Part shown: positions 10,909 through 22,861 of the stretch, in pieces | Position numbering within the stretch: position 1 is the stretch's first letter | Layout of the letters: each line of letters begins with the position of its first letter | Source of the DNA: Geosiphon pyriformis uo1 | Lineage: Eukaryota; Fungi; Glomeromycota | Length of the DNA: 64,000 nt | Assembly: GCA_016748015.1 (NCBI GenBank) | Contig: JAAOMT010000512.1 | Coordinates: 1,746,893-1,810,892, forward strand | Reading direction: 5' to 3' | The notes under the pieces: generated by a model | The model's input: only the letters and a program-made list of their open reading frames with translations | What the model was told of the DNA's origin: nothing | The model's database searches: none | Made by a program: the position numbers and the translations under genes

Positions 10909-11881
10909 TGTTACAGGTGATTCTTTGGGGTGTTGAGTAAATAACAAACCTGTAACTTGGTGCACAAAGTAATTGGTGACAATGATAATCTGAAGGTCTT
11001 TTATTTGAAGGTTTTCCAATCGAGTTCTTTGTATAATAGACAGAGATTCAATGGTAACAGTTTATCAGTAGTTTCCTGAAACCATAGTTTCGTCAATTGC
11101 TTGCTCAGCTTGATGGTTGATGATTCTCTTGGTACGATATCCTCCGTAAGTATATACCAGTGCTGTTTCCTGATGTCAGTTCCTCTGTAAGTCCTCCAAG
11201 AGTAAGTATTGTTTAAGCAAGTTTATTTCTTCATAAGTCCTCTAAGAATAAGTATTGTTTAAGCAAGTTTATTCCTCCATAAGTCCTCCAAGAGTAAGTA
11301 TTTTTTAAGTAAGTTTTATTCCTCCATAAGTTTTCCAAGAGTAAATCCTTTAATCAAGTTAGTAGACAACAAAGAAAATAAAGAAAGATAAAAGAGAAAA
11401 TAAGAAATAAGCCAAGACAATTTGCAAGTTAGTATCCTGTCAATAGCCATGATCAAGAGCTATTGTTCCAGTATGGTTAAGTATCAGTTACTATCAACAT
11501 GAAGTATTGATAGTAAAGAATGAATTTGATATAGGGAATAATTATTTATTTAAGGATTATAGTAACTAAGCTAAGAATTTTTCGGGTCAATTCTGTCTTT
11601 TCTGCTTCTAATGCTACTGCTATATATATATATTTGAGATTCCTCAATTTTTCAATTCCTTGCAACAAGAATCCTAGAATTCCTGGAATCCTGCAATTCC
11701 TGATGAGAGGAATTCTGGAATTCTGGAATCCTGTGATTTCTTGTTGGAGAATCCTAAAATTCCTGGAATCCTGCAATTCCTCTGAGAGAAATCTTGGAAT
11801 TCCACATTTACTATATCTACATCTGATTGGCTAATATCTACTGACTAATAATACTATATTTTCTATATTCTAGGAGTAACA
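10909..11881 (-). repeat. 5' LTR of Gypsy 1 (973 bp)
   Basis: Direct repeat of 1567-2475; adjacent to the PBS. Confidence 0.95.
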
Positions 11882-11885
11882 GTGG

Positions 11886-13280
11886 CCTTTACTCTGGTGC
11901 TTGGTGTTACTTTCAAGATCAAATTGGCTTATGTTAAGGCTGTTTTTCAGTCTGTGCATGGTTTTTTAGGTGCAAAATCAGTTGTATAAGACAATGTGAA
12001 GCTTTTCTGTGTGGAGTTTGCTTCCCAAATCTCTTTGGATGCTGCATTTTTGGTTGAGCTTACAAGCTCTGTTTGCCTTGCCACTCTTAAGATTGCCAAG
12101 TCTTTGGTGGTTTCTGAATCTGACTCCTCTTTTGCTGCTGTTGCACTGTGTGATGTGTTTTTGAGTATATTTGCTACTGACATTAAGGCAGCTTTCAGTA
12201 TTTTTGGTGTAGTTACTTATATTGTGCTGAAACCTGCTGGCATTTGGCAGTATGTAGTAGTCTATTTTGAGAATTTGGTTGCTGCTATATCTGTTCTCAA
12301 TCACTGATCAGTTTTGGTGGACAAAAATCGGATTCTTTCTTTTGTAAATTAACAAGAAACAATTGTGTCTTGTGATAGGTTTAAGGCCAAGTTGATCAAT
12401 CTTTCTTCTGGCTGCACTGCATTTGAAATCAGTAATATGGTTTCTCAAATTGGTGGTCAGACTTGTTTTATTCCTCAGTCTTTTAATTTTGGTTGTTGTT
12501 TTTGTTTTGCTCTGGTTACATTTGGCTCTTGAACTAATTTGGATCTTGCTGTTATTAAAACTAATACATTAAGAAAGTGCTGTATCTGGTGAGAAACTTC
12601 TGGTTGTCGGCATTGTTTTTGGTGTTAAGAGATAGGTCACTTAGCCATGGACTAAAAGGTTGCTTTACCTTCCTCTTTTAAGGCTTCCAAGATGTTTAAA
12701 CCACATTTTGTTGGTTTTTTGTCTTATACAAAGGCATCTGTTCCCCCTGTTCTTTCTGAGTTTTCTCTTTTGGTGGTTGCTGCTGCTCCTGTTGCTGTTG
12801 TAAATTCTTTGGTGTTTTCTCGGCTGATGTCTCTGAAATCTGATTTGGCCAAGCTTTCTGTTTTGGTTGAATTTATTGTTAAGCCTGTTGGCTCTATGGT
12901 CAAAGTTTTTAAACAATTTGTTAATGGTGATCTGGTTTCAAGTTCTGCTCTTGGCCTCAAAGTTAATAAAGTTTTGGTTCACATGAGTATTTTTAGTAGA
13001 GCTGTTGATAAGTTGAAGTAAAAGGTGGTTGCTCTGAAAACTGAATGTGGTTTTAAGGATGTTGATATGTCTGGCCCTTATGTAAATTTGTTATCTTTTA
13101 ATAATGATATGTTTTCTAATTTAATGTCTCTTTGGAAACATGAATCTGCTGCTATAAAAGCTAATGCCTTTAAGACAGCTGAGTAGTTGGTTAGATTAGT
13201 TAATAATAGTACTACATTATTTGAGATTGTTCAAAAGATGTTTTTTTTTGGATAAGTTTTCTTCTGGTGCATCAATATAA
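11886..13280 (+). pseudogene. LINE ORF1-like protein, C-terminal part with degenerate CCHC knuckle
   Basis: Fragments 11996..12307 and 12692..13021; CFWC*EIGHLAMD* at ~12614; parallels ORF1 of the neighbouring LINE (LPxGxTAxDL..GGxTCFI region). Confidence 0.7.
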
Positions 13281-13647
13281 TATAGCCTAAACTGGCTTGA
13301 GTAGCTGGTTACATGTAGTAAGTACATAAACCATATTTAGTCCTGAATTACTTAGTTTGGTCCTAATTTTTAGATAATGGTTGGGCCATACTTGTTAAAT
13401 TCATAATAAAAAAAAAACATTTTTAAAAGCTAAAAAACATTAATATTAAAATTTATTAGCAAAATTCCACAATTTAACAAAAAACCAATAATATTAAACA
13501 AATAACAATCAATTAAAATTTTTTTTTTCATTTAATAAGTAAAGTCCAAACACTACTTAGAACTATACATCAATGAAATGATCTAAACTAAGTGTGAATT
13601 ATGCATTTTCTACACATGACCAGCCACTCGAGCCAGTCAGAACAACA

Positions 13648-16600
13648 CTATACACTTATATTAACAGAAACCAGATCACCAATACCTGAAAAAAATGAAC
13701 AAGACTTGCAAAAGCCAAAATAGACACCAAAAGCTTCAGCAATACCAAGTAATTTAATCACACCAGCCGAGAACCCTGAAACCAAACCAGAGACCAAGAT
13801 GAGGATTGAGCCATTTACAGAGATCAGGCCATTCTTTTCCATAAATGCACGATGCTTAGCACGGACCAACCAAATGTTATTCCTGAAGGCAAGACAAATA
13901 GATTGCACAAAATCAGAAATTCTAATACAAGTAATTTTGGGATCATGGAAGACAGAAATAGCCTCCCAAAGCCAACTATTGAAAACAAAACCTTTGTAAA
14001 GAGCTGAGAAAACCAGGAAATTTAAAGCACAGGTTGACAGCAGTTGCAACACACCCAAAGAAGGAAGAGAGAGACCAGAAAGCACCCTCCAAGAAGACAT
14101 ACAAGATTCCAAGACCTGACAACAAGCTGAATCATTAACCACACAAGAAAACACGTGGTCAGACACTTCGACCTCACCACAATACAGATACAAAACATTA
14201 GGGTAATATTTGTCATAAATGTGCTTCCGAACAGCTATGGGAAGCTGACAGTACAAAGCTTTCATGAAGTAAGTTTGAGTATTAGCAGTCAGCCTGTTGG
14301 TAAAATCAGTGGCCATATGCAAATCAGAGTGCCAAACTCTGGAAGAACAAAGCCAATTGACATCTGAACACAAATCACTATCTAGAAATCTAGAACCAGA
14401 CCTGACCTCCCAACACGCTCGACAAACAGCATAAAAAACATCACGAACAAAATGCCTAGAATTACCAGATACAACACCACCATCTGCCAATAAAAAATGT
14501 TCATTAACACAAGGAGGAAGATACCAACCAGAGAGAGACACAGTGTCAGTGAGGCTATCAGTTTAATCATTCCCCAAGATACTAAAGTGGCCCTTAACTT
14601 TGCACTATTTAACTCTCAAATTCTTACTGCAAATAACATTTCTGATATGCTGATGCTCGATCTAATACTGATTGCGAAAATCAGAATACATTAGGTCAAA
14701 CTCTGACTTGTAAGCATCTAAAGCCATCTAATTATCCAAAAACAGATGGACAGAACAAGCCACAGACACACACTCTAGAACCAATGCAATAGCCTGCAGC
14801 TCCACTAAAGTGGATGACATTAAGCCCTGAACACTGACATCCAACCCCAAATTAATGTTCTTAAAAAAGACAGCAGCTCCGGCTCTACAACCAATTGTGT
14901 CCAAATTTTTTACTGAACCATTCATGTATACAGACAAGCTATCAATGTCAACCTGAGAAAGATGATCACAGACAGATATAAAATCATCAGAACCATGAAT
15001 GTCCAGAGGGTCAACACCAGCCAATGCCAAGGGAGAAGAACGAGAAGCCACAAGAAAAGCAACAGAAATATCAAACCAATTGGGAACTGGACCATGAGGA
15101 TCCAGTCTCTTCTACTTCTTAAAAGTGTGCTAGCTAAAGACACTACCAAAACAATCACGAAGCTGGTCCACAAAAACAATGCCATACTGCCAGAGAGAAG
15201 GTAAAATTTTACAAAACAGAGACTCACCAAGAACAACAGACATAGGTACTCCACTGTGAAACCAAAAAAAGCTGGCCAAAAAGCTGCCCAAAGATAACTT
15301 GCAGTCAAAAAAAATGTGAACCATACCAGCTAAGAAATTATTTGAAACATTGACACAAATACGAGCAGAAGAGACCAATGGATGGATAGATTGCCAACAC
15401 TAAACCTGTAAGTCATGAAATCTGTGACCGAACAAGCATCCAAAATCCCACTAGAGTTTGCAAAACTAATAAGCAAGGCAACTTTACTCTCAGATTGACA
15501 TTGCAAAAAAGACTTCAAACCATAAAAAGAGGGGTGGTGAATTGTATTACTAGAAAAGTCCAGTAGAAGACCAGATTTTAGCTTCAAGCCCTTACAGATC
15601 AAAGCATCCCATTTGTTGCACACACCAACAGGAATAAAACTAAACTGTGTCCTATAGCTTACAATAGAGTGGAGAACTGTCAAAACCAAATACAAAAACT
15701 GTTTATCCAAGACAATTTTTTTCAACACCAAATTAGTGAAAAAACAAACATCCAAATATGCTCTCACCAAACTAGGTTTGGAAAAACTCTCTGTTGAAAG
15801 AAAAATACCCAAGTATCTATGAGACTCCTCCTTTTTGGCAATTGAAATAGGCAGATCACTGATAGTGAGAGAAGGATTGCTGATTCTATTGTTAATAGGA
15901 ATCACCACTGTTTTGTCATTGTTAATTGAAATATCATTGATCCGAAAAAATTTACTGACAATGTTGAAAATATGTTGAGTAGCGCTTTAACTATTACCAA
16001 CCCAAATCATATCATCAACAAAGACACCAGCAGCAAAAAAGAAGGAATGTTCAGCACAAGACTTGGCATGACTATTTTTGGAAATAAAATAAGAATTCAG
16101 CCTATATCCACATATACTCTCCTGGCACTTGACCTTACACAACAAAGGGTTATAAAATATTCACCACAAAAGGAGGGAGAAAACTTCTTCTTAATCCAGG
16201 CCATTATGTACATGATAACCATTTGTCAAACCAAAATCAGTCATAATTCAGTTGATACAATTATTGTGAATGTTGCCAAAAAAACAAATAAATCTGCTAC
16301 ACATCTTAATCCTAACTAAACTATTTTTGAGATGTTCCCAGCCAACCGAATCATATGTTTTCTACATGTCCTGCAGAACCAGCCAGAGTTCTCAGTCCTT
16401 TTCCAAAGTATCTTCAACCACTGAACCAATTGTAAAAATAGGAGACTGAATCATTATATCCTTTAAAACCAAGAAGTTGTCCCCATGAAAGATATCAAAA
16501 GCACTACATACCAAGAAGATTCTGTCAGAAAAAATCTTAGAAAGAATTTTACAAGCTGTTTCGATCAAAGCAATAGGACAAGTATTGGTTAAGACACCCT

Positions 16601-18326
16601 TCCACTCATATGGTTTAGAAATTATCGAGACCCAGGCTTTTTTCCAAGGGCCAGATACCAATTCATTAGACAAACAAAGATTCAAAATCACCAAAAGCAT
16701 ATCCAGAACAGACTTATCACAATGTTTCCAAAGTTCATTCAAGATACCAGACAAACCAACAGCTTTGTCATCAGGCAAGTCAGAAACCACTCCAAAAAAT
16801 TCATCAAAACCAATTAGGCATATTATATCAGAAAAGACCTCATCAAAAACATAATCCAAAGGTTGATATTGACAGCACCAATTAATCAAGATATCATTAG
16901 CAACATAATGCTTCCTGGTTTATCCCTCCATAATCACATCTACCTTAGACTTAACCAAATCAGGCTTCAAAATCAGATCATTATTAACCACCAGATAGTC
17001 TAGCACCACTTTATGGAAAGGACACTCTAGTACACTCCTGATCATATGACTCTTGTTGACCTTGAAGCTCTCCATTTTTTTATCAATAGCAGACCTGATG
17101 TTAGCTTTCTTAGCTCTCAGAGATTCAGTGATTTTGAAAGCATGATAAAACTTTCTAGCACCAAAAAAAGCAGAACAAATATGATCAGAACCAGCTCCAG
17201 AGTCCACCAGATTTTGAACAACAGAAGACTTGACATTGTCCACAGAACTCCAACATTTTATAAGATAAACAAAGTGTCCAGCATCTTCCCCATATAAAGC
17301 CTTGACAATCTTAAAAACCAAAAGCTCTAATTTATGAAACTTTGAAGAATCTTTAATGAAAACTTTATCAAACTCCTTAAACCACTTTTTTTTGAAAATT
17401 TTGTTAGCTAAAAGAGTCATAATTTTGTGCACAACACACCATATAGCGTCCAAATCTGAAAACCTTAAAGACACAGCAAATTCACTTGAGAACATTGCAG
17501 TATTTGCCAGCATAGAACGTTTAAAATTATTCTATTTGATCTTATCAACACTCTTAAAATTGAATTTCCATCAATCCTTATTTGCCTGTTTGTGAAAGAA
17601 GTTTAATCTTGTATCTAAAAAGCCACCCAAACCCAAAGACACAGAAACAGCTCTGTGATCTGTGTCAAAATGCTCATTGACAACAAAAACACCATGCTGC
17701 ATTACTGCATTCACCAGATTTGAGGAAACAAATACATAATCAATCGTTTTTAAAACACCTTGAAAATTGCTCCAAGTTGGCACCTTAGCAAAGAAGCTCC
17801 CACCCAAAGAATTAACTAAACCCAAGTTGTGGCATCTTTTAAAATTAGCACACTTACGAAAGCCATCTTTATTGAAATCACCACTAAGAATGACAAAAGA
17901 TGATTCATTTACAGCCCTTGCAATCAAGGAATTGATCTCATCAGCTTGGAAAAATCAAGTAGCCAAGAAGACACCAGCATACAGACCCAGAATTGAAACT
18001 GAAAGTTTGTTTTTGAAAAGTAATCTAATACAGAAAAGACTACCCAAGACCTCAGAAACCTTATACACATGCCTGGCCAAAGATCTGTTCATAACAATCG
18101 CAACATTAGCACCTACATAGCCAGAGTTCAAACCAGAAGAAAACACACAAACATTATTAAATTTGTCAACCAACCAAAGATGAGCCTTATTTTTTAACTT
18201 TGTCTCTGTGAAAATCGAAACCAAATTATCCATATCTTTATGCCATCTAACAATATCATCCTGTTTTGTAAGAACGTTCATACCTCTAACATTACACGTA
18301 GCAACCCTTCACATAAGATCACTCAT
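13648..18326 (-). pseudogene. LINE ORF2: AP endonuclease, reverse transcriptase, RNase H, C-terminal Cys/His motif
   Basis: ATCNVRGMN, FTETKL, SGDFN, TIDYVF, TDHRAV (APE); TCPIALIET, FVDD at ~16012-16023, RYLGI (RT); SVY(T/D)GS..STLVELQAI (RNase H); (C)LYCGEVEVSDHVFSC. Confidence 0.9.
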
Positions 18327-19850
18327 TGAAAAGAAATTAGGAAAGTGGTACCATCAGCCAAAGCCAAACTATCAAAGTGAGCAGACAAGCTCAACACAGA
18401 CCTGGAGAGGCCATCCAGCATTTTTTCCAGTTTGACAACATGAAGGGATACTGTTGAATCCACAATCAGAACAATCTTGTCACTAGTGGCTTCATCCGAA
18501 TCCACTCCTATCACTATATTCTCCCCTTAATTCTGTGATGGGGGGGTTACCAGCAGCTGACATCCAGGACTAGGCTGAGAAATTGCTGGCATAAGTGACT
18601 CCAATCTCACTAATTTGTTCCACAAAGCTGACAAGACTGCTTTTAATACCAACCAGACATGATTCCAAGTTGTCCACAATTGGAGGGAGGGGTTTACCAA
18701 TTTTATTGAAACCAAGAGACATACTAGCATCATGAAAAGCATGCACAGGAGAAGCACCAACTATTAACACCCAAGTTTTACCACCAAAAGCCAAAAGACG
18801 AGAAATAGAGGCAGACTTTTTTGTATAAATCCTAGTCAATTTGAACTGGTCTTGGGCTGAAAAGGAAGTCTTTCTGCTGCCCAGAGTCACAATATTCTTA
18901 ACTGACTGACAATTAAGAGATGTATGACCAAAACCTTTGTAAACTACACATGAAGTTTGAGAGAGACGAGATCAGTGAAGACTAACACCCTTTATAACTG
19001 AAGTCACTGTTATAGCACCAACCAAATCCAATTCAGAATCAAAGCACACAATAGCACAGTGGGCACAAAAATAACTGACAGAATTATGATCAATGAAACA
19101 GGTCTTCCCACCAACAAAACCAATAAAATCCCACAAATCATGAACAGTGGTTCCCATGGGGAGAATATACAGCAAGACTCTGAAACTATCTCGGGCATCT
19201 CATGACTGTTTGTCAATGTTAGCCCTGGTCACTTGTACTGTATCTTTCCTGATTAGGATGAACCATTTAGCAGCTAACAGATCAACTTGATTCTGATCTT
19301 TCAATTTGATGATCACTTTTTGCCACAAATCTACCAGTTGCATTTTGATCATCTTAATTATCCCAAATTCAGACACAGTCATGCACACAGCCTCCACAGA
19401 TGTTTTCACTGGGATCTCTTTCAGCACAATTGCCCAATTCATATAATTGTTGCCAGAGCACTTAAGATCAGTGTTTACCACAACACCACAATCATTTGCC
19501 AATTTTGCTGCAGCCATCATTGCTTCATCAGAAATAAAAAAAGCCCGAATTATTTCACCAAATTTTGAGGGGATAGAGGCCCCCCCAAAACCATTCACAC
19601 CAGAAAAAATTTTTCTGACATAAGCTAATTTCTCTTGAGATGACTTGCCAGCCACCATTTTAAGATCAATATCCAGAGTAAAAGATTTTCTGACTGAGAC
19701 CTGCACTGTATGTTTGAGAGAGAGAGAAGAAGGAAGAGAGTGTGACCCATCCAAAATATTATCATCATCATTTTCTATGCCAAAGTTAATAGTGCTAAGA
19801 GACTTCCCAAGAGTATGCTTGGTAACAATCTTTTTGGGACCTTAAGGCAT
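18323..19850 (-). pseudogene. LINE ORF1, C-terminal part
   Basis: ORFs 19200..19754, 18972..19175, 18570..18890, 18323..18514; CVV(Y)KGFGHTSLNC knuckle at ~18910-18950. Confidence 0.75.
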
Positions 19851-20721
19851 TGTTACAGATGACTACTTCTGGTGTTAGATTAAATAACAAACTCATAACT
19901 TGGTGCTCAAATCTAATTGCAGTTAATAGTGATCTGAAGATTTGTGTCTGAAAGGTTTGTATTCAAAGAGTTTGGTTGAGTTCTTTGTATAATGGACAGA
20001 GATTCAATGGTAATAGTTTTATTTGTAGCTTCCCAAAACCGCAGCTTTGTTAATTTTTTTCTCAGCTTGATGGCTGGTATTCCTTCTGGTAAGCTATCCT
20101 CAATCAAGTGTTCTACCCTTATTTCTGGGTCTTTTACCAGTCATGTTTAACCTGACATCAGTACCCCATGTGTTAATTCTTAATAGAATTAGTAAACAAC
20201 AATAAAATTAAAGCAAGAAATAAAGAAAAAAAAAGAAAATAAAGAAAGAAAAAAAATAAGCCAAGGCGATTTGCAAGTTAGTATTCCATTAATAGCCATG
20301 ATCAAGAGCTATTGTTCCAGTGCGGTTAAGTATCAATTACTATCAACATGAAGTGTTGATAGTGGCAGTGGGTTTGAGATAACAAACAGTTATTTATTTG
20401 TGGTTTGGAAAGTTGTCTAGATAAAATCTAAACTGAGAGGTCTGTCTTTTTAGCTTCTAATCCTACTGCTATATATACATAATTGAGATTCCTTAATTTC
20501 TCAATTCTTTACAACAAAAATTCTGAAATTTCTGGAATCCTGCAATTTCTTTAAGAGGAATTCTGGAATTCTAGAATCCTGCAATTCTTTGTGAAAATCC
20601 TGTAATTCCTGGAATCCTGCAATTCCTAAGAGGAATTCTGGAATTCCATATTTTACTATGTCTACTTCTGATTGGTTAATAACCATGTTAATATATATTC
20701 CCTATATTTCTATAAGTAACA
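19851..20721 (-). repeat. 3' LTR of Gypsy 2 (871 bp)
   Basis: Direct repeat of 29193-29979; TGTTAC...GTAACA. Confidence 0.95.
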
Positions 20722-20734
20722 TTATTCTCTCCTT

Positions 20735-21394
20735 TTAATATTGAGCTCTGTCAAAATCTAACTCTGTTAATTCCCCTTCTTGAAGTATTTTCTGAATTTT
20801 ATTTTCGAGAATTACTTGTGTTATTTGAGTCTGTAATTTTTCAAATTGAGTGTTGATGATCTTTCCTAATTGATTATTGGTAACTATATCCATTGCTTTG
20901 TTGAGTAAGATTTCTGGTCGATCCTAAAATGCTGTGTGTATTTGGTATATGGCTCGGGCCTGTGTGAATAAGTTGTTCTTTCCCACAAAATGTTCTAATT
21001 GTTGTAGTATTCTTGTGTCGAATAATTGCTTTGTTTTATCTGTATATAGATTCTGGATATTCACGTGTTGTCCCAAGTAAAAATAACAATAGTTTCTTGG
21101 AAATTGTTGTATCCACCAATTCCAAGTTTCTTTAGTCAACTCTTGGTATAGTGACTCTTTTATCAACTTTTTTATTGCTAATTTTACTTTCACAATAATT
21201 TTGTCAATGGTATTTTCTGTTTTTTTCTGTGTTTTATGTGGTGATGTCTTTCTAGTGTCTTAATATTAGATTGTTTGTTGATTAATTGTAATTTTCATCT
21301 CTTGGTGTTGAATCAATTGAAAGAGTTGTTGTGCTAGTAAGTGGATGTTGTCTGTAATTCCCATTTTTCTGATATTTCTTGTCATGTCTATCAT
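20735..21394 (-). pseudogene. Extra ORF3 of Gypsy 2 (219 aa, internal stops)
   Basis: MIDMTRNIRK...ETWNWWIQQFPRNYCYFYLGQH...; 660 nt as in element 1; stop lies at the PPT. Confidence 0.75.
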
Positions 21395-21418
21395 GTCTTT
21401 ATATATTCTTTTGATGGA

Positions 21419-22800
21419 TTAATTTAATGTGTTGTTGTCAATGATAATAATTGGTTTCAGATCTCGTGGAATCTTCTCTGGTTGGACTAGTATCTTCTGT
21501 ACTCCTAATTGTGGAATATTATTGATGGATGGTAATGTGATGTTGTGATATGGTTTCAGTTAATCTCTATGTGCTGCTTTGGTTAAGATTTTGTTATCCA
21601 GTCTTAATTTGTAAGCTCCATTCTCTAGAATTTCTTCTATGTAAAATGGTCCATCCCATTTGGGGTCGAATTTTCCACTCTATTGTTTTTCCACTTTGGT
21701 ATGATGTAAGAGTACTTTGTCTTCAATCTTGAATTCAACTGGTTTGTCTGGTAGTTGATTATTATGTCTTTCTTTCTGTTTCTCTTGTGACTTTTGTATG
21801 TTATCAGCTGCTTTTTTTCATTTGTTTTCCAATGTTTCTATTAAGTCATATGTTCTTCTTAACAATGTTTCTTGGAAATTCTCTTCTGTTATTGGTTCAG
21901 TTGGATATGTGTTAATCTTTATCTCAACTAGTAATGTTGCTGTTCTACCGTATATTAATTCAAATGGTGTTGCTTGTGTAGTGTCTTGCTTCATTGTCCG
22001 ATAAACAAATAATACTGATGGTATAAACAAATCTCATTTGTCCTGGTTTTTTTGGCTGAGTTTCACTATTGCTTTACACAATGTTCTATTAAATCTTTCA
22101 ACTAATTCATTGGTTTATGGATGGTATGGTGATAATAGTAGTCTCTTAATTCCAAATCTTTGGCTTAGTTCTGTTAATGTTCTATTCACAAAATGGGTTT
22201 CTTGGTCTGATAATAGTTCTTTTGGACATCCATGTCGACAAATCAGATCTTGATGGACAAATTCGACAATGGATTCTGCATCTGCTCTTTGAATTGCTTT
22301 GGCTTCTGGCCATTTAGTAAAATAGTCCATGGCTACTGCAATATATCTGTTGTCTCTGCTGGTAATTGTTAATGGTCCAACTAAATCGATTCCAATACAG
22401 TCAAATGATTGTTCCACTTTGATTGGTTTCAATGGTTTGCTGGGTCTTGTTTCTTCTCTTCTTTGACAAGCATTACAATTTTGCACATATTGGATGATGT
22501 CTGAATACATTGATGGCCAATAGTATCTCTTTCTGGTTCTTTCTATGGTTGTTTTTTTATGAAAATGTCCTGCAGTTGGATTTGAGTGCATGTTGAACAG
22601 TATTGTCTCCTTTTCTGGTTCTGTAATTACTCTGGTTGATTGATCTGAATCTTTTCTATTTTTCTGATAAAGTATATTTTGGTGAGTAATAAATATTTGG
22701 ATTGTTGTTTGATCCTCTTTTGTTCTGGTTGAGATAATTTCTCCTTGAATTGTTGAGTATCTATATAGTGTTGAAGTTGTTGATATTTTTGTGTGTTCAT
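21419..22800 (-). pseudogene. Integrase of Gypsy 2
   Basis: HSNPTAGH..CNACQR, IGIDLVGPL, DYFTKWPEA, LLSDQETHF; own ATG at 22800. Confidence 0.9.
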
Positions 22801-22861
22801 CTTTTGTTATATTTCTGTGAATATTGTTTTGGTTTTGTTATATTTTTGGGTTGAAATGTTT

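Larger units (their letters stand above)
1567..11881 (-). mobile_element. Ty3/Gypsy LTR retrotransposon 1 (full length, decayed) with dUTPase, separate integrase ORF and extra ORF3
   Basis: Paired LTRs with TGTTA...TAACA ends, 4-bp TSD GTGG (1563-1566 and 11882-11885), PBS, PPT, domain order PR-RT-RH-IN. Confidence 0.95.
805..13417 (+). mobile_element. ORF1-only (half-LINE-like) non-LTR retroelement, ~2.3 kb net, interrupted by Gypsy element 1
   Basis: ORF1-like reading continues across the LTR insertion (FAEWV|AFTLVLGVTFKIKL); degenerate CCHC knuckle at ~12614-12655; stop at 13280, LINE-like 3' UTR and poly(A) at 13405-13417; no EN/RT. The 5' boundary is approximate. Confidence 0.75.

Noticed and set aside
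19913-20107. Protein-coding ORF in LTR U5 (IKLRKKLTKLRFWE)
   Set aside because: The homologous segment in element 1 differs by frame-breaking indels, so conservation is better explained at the nucleotide level; not fully excluded
20285-20365. U1 snRNA or hammerhead ribozyme in the LTR block
   Set aside because: CCATGATCAAG and ATACTTAAC resemble U1 pieces but lie on opposite strands and the rest is missing; no CUGAUGA/GAAA hammerhead core seen
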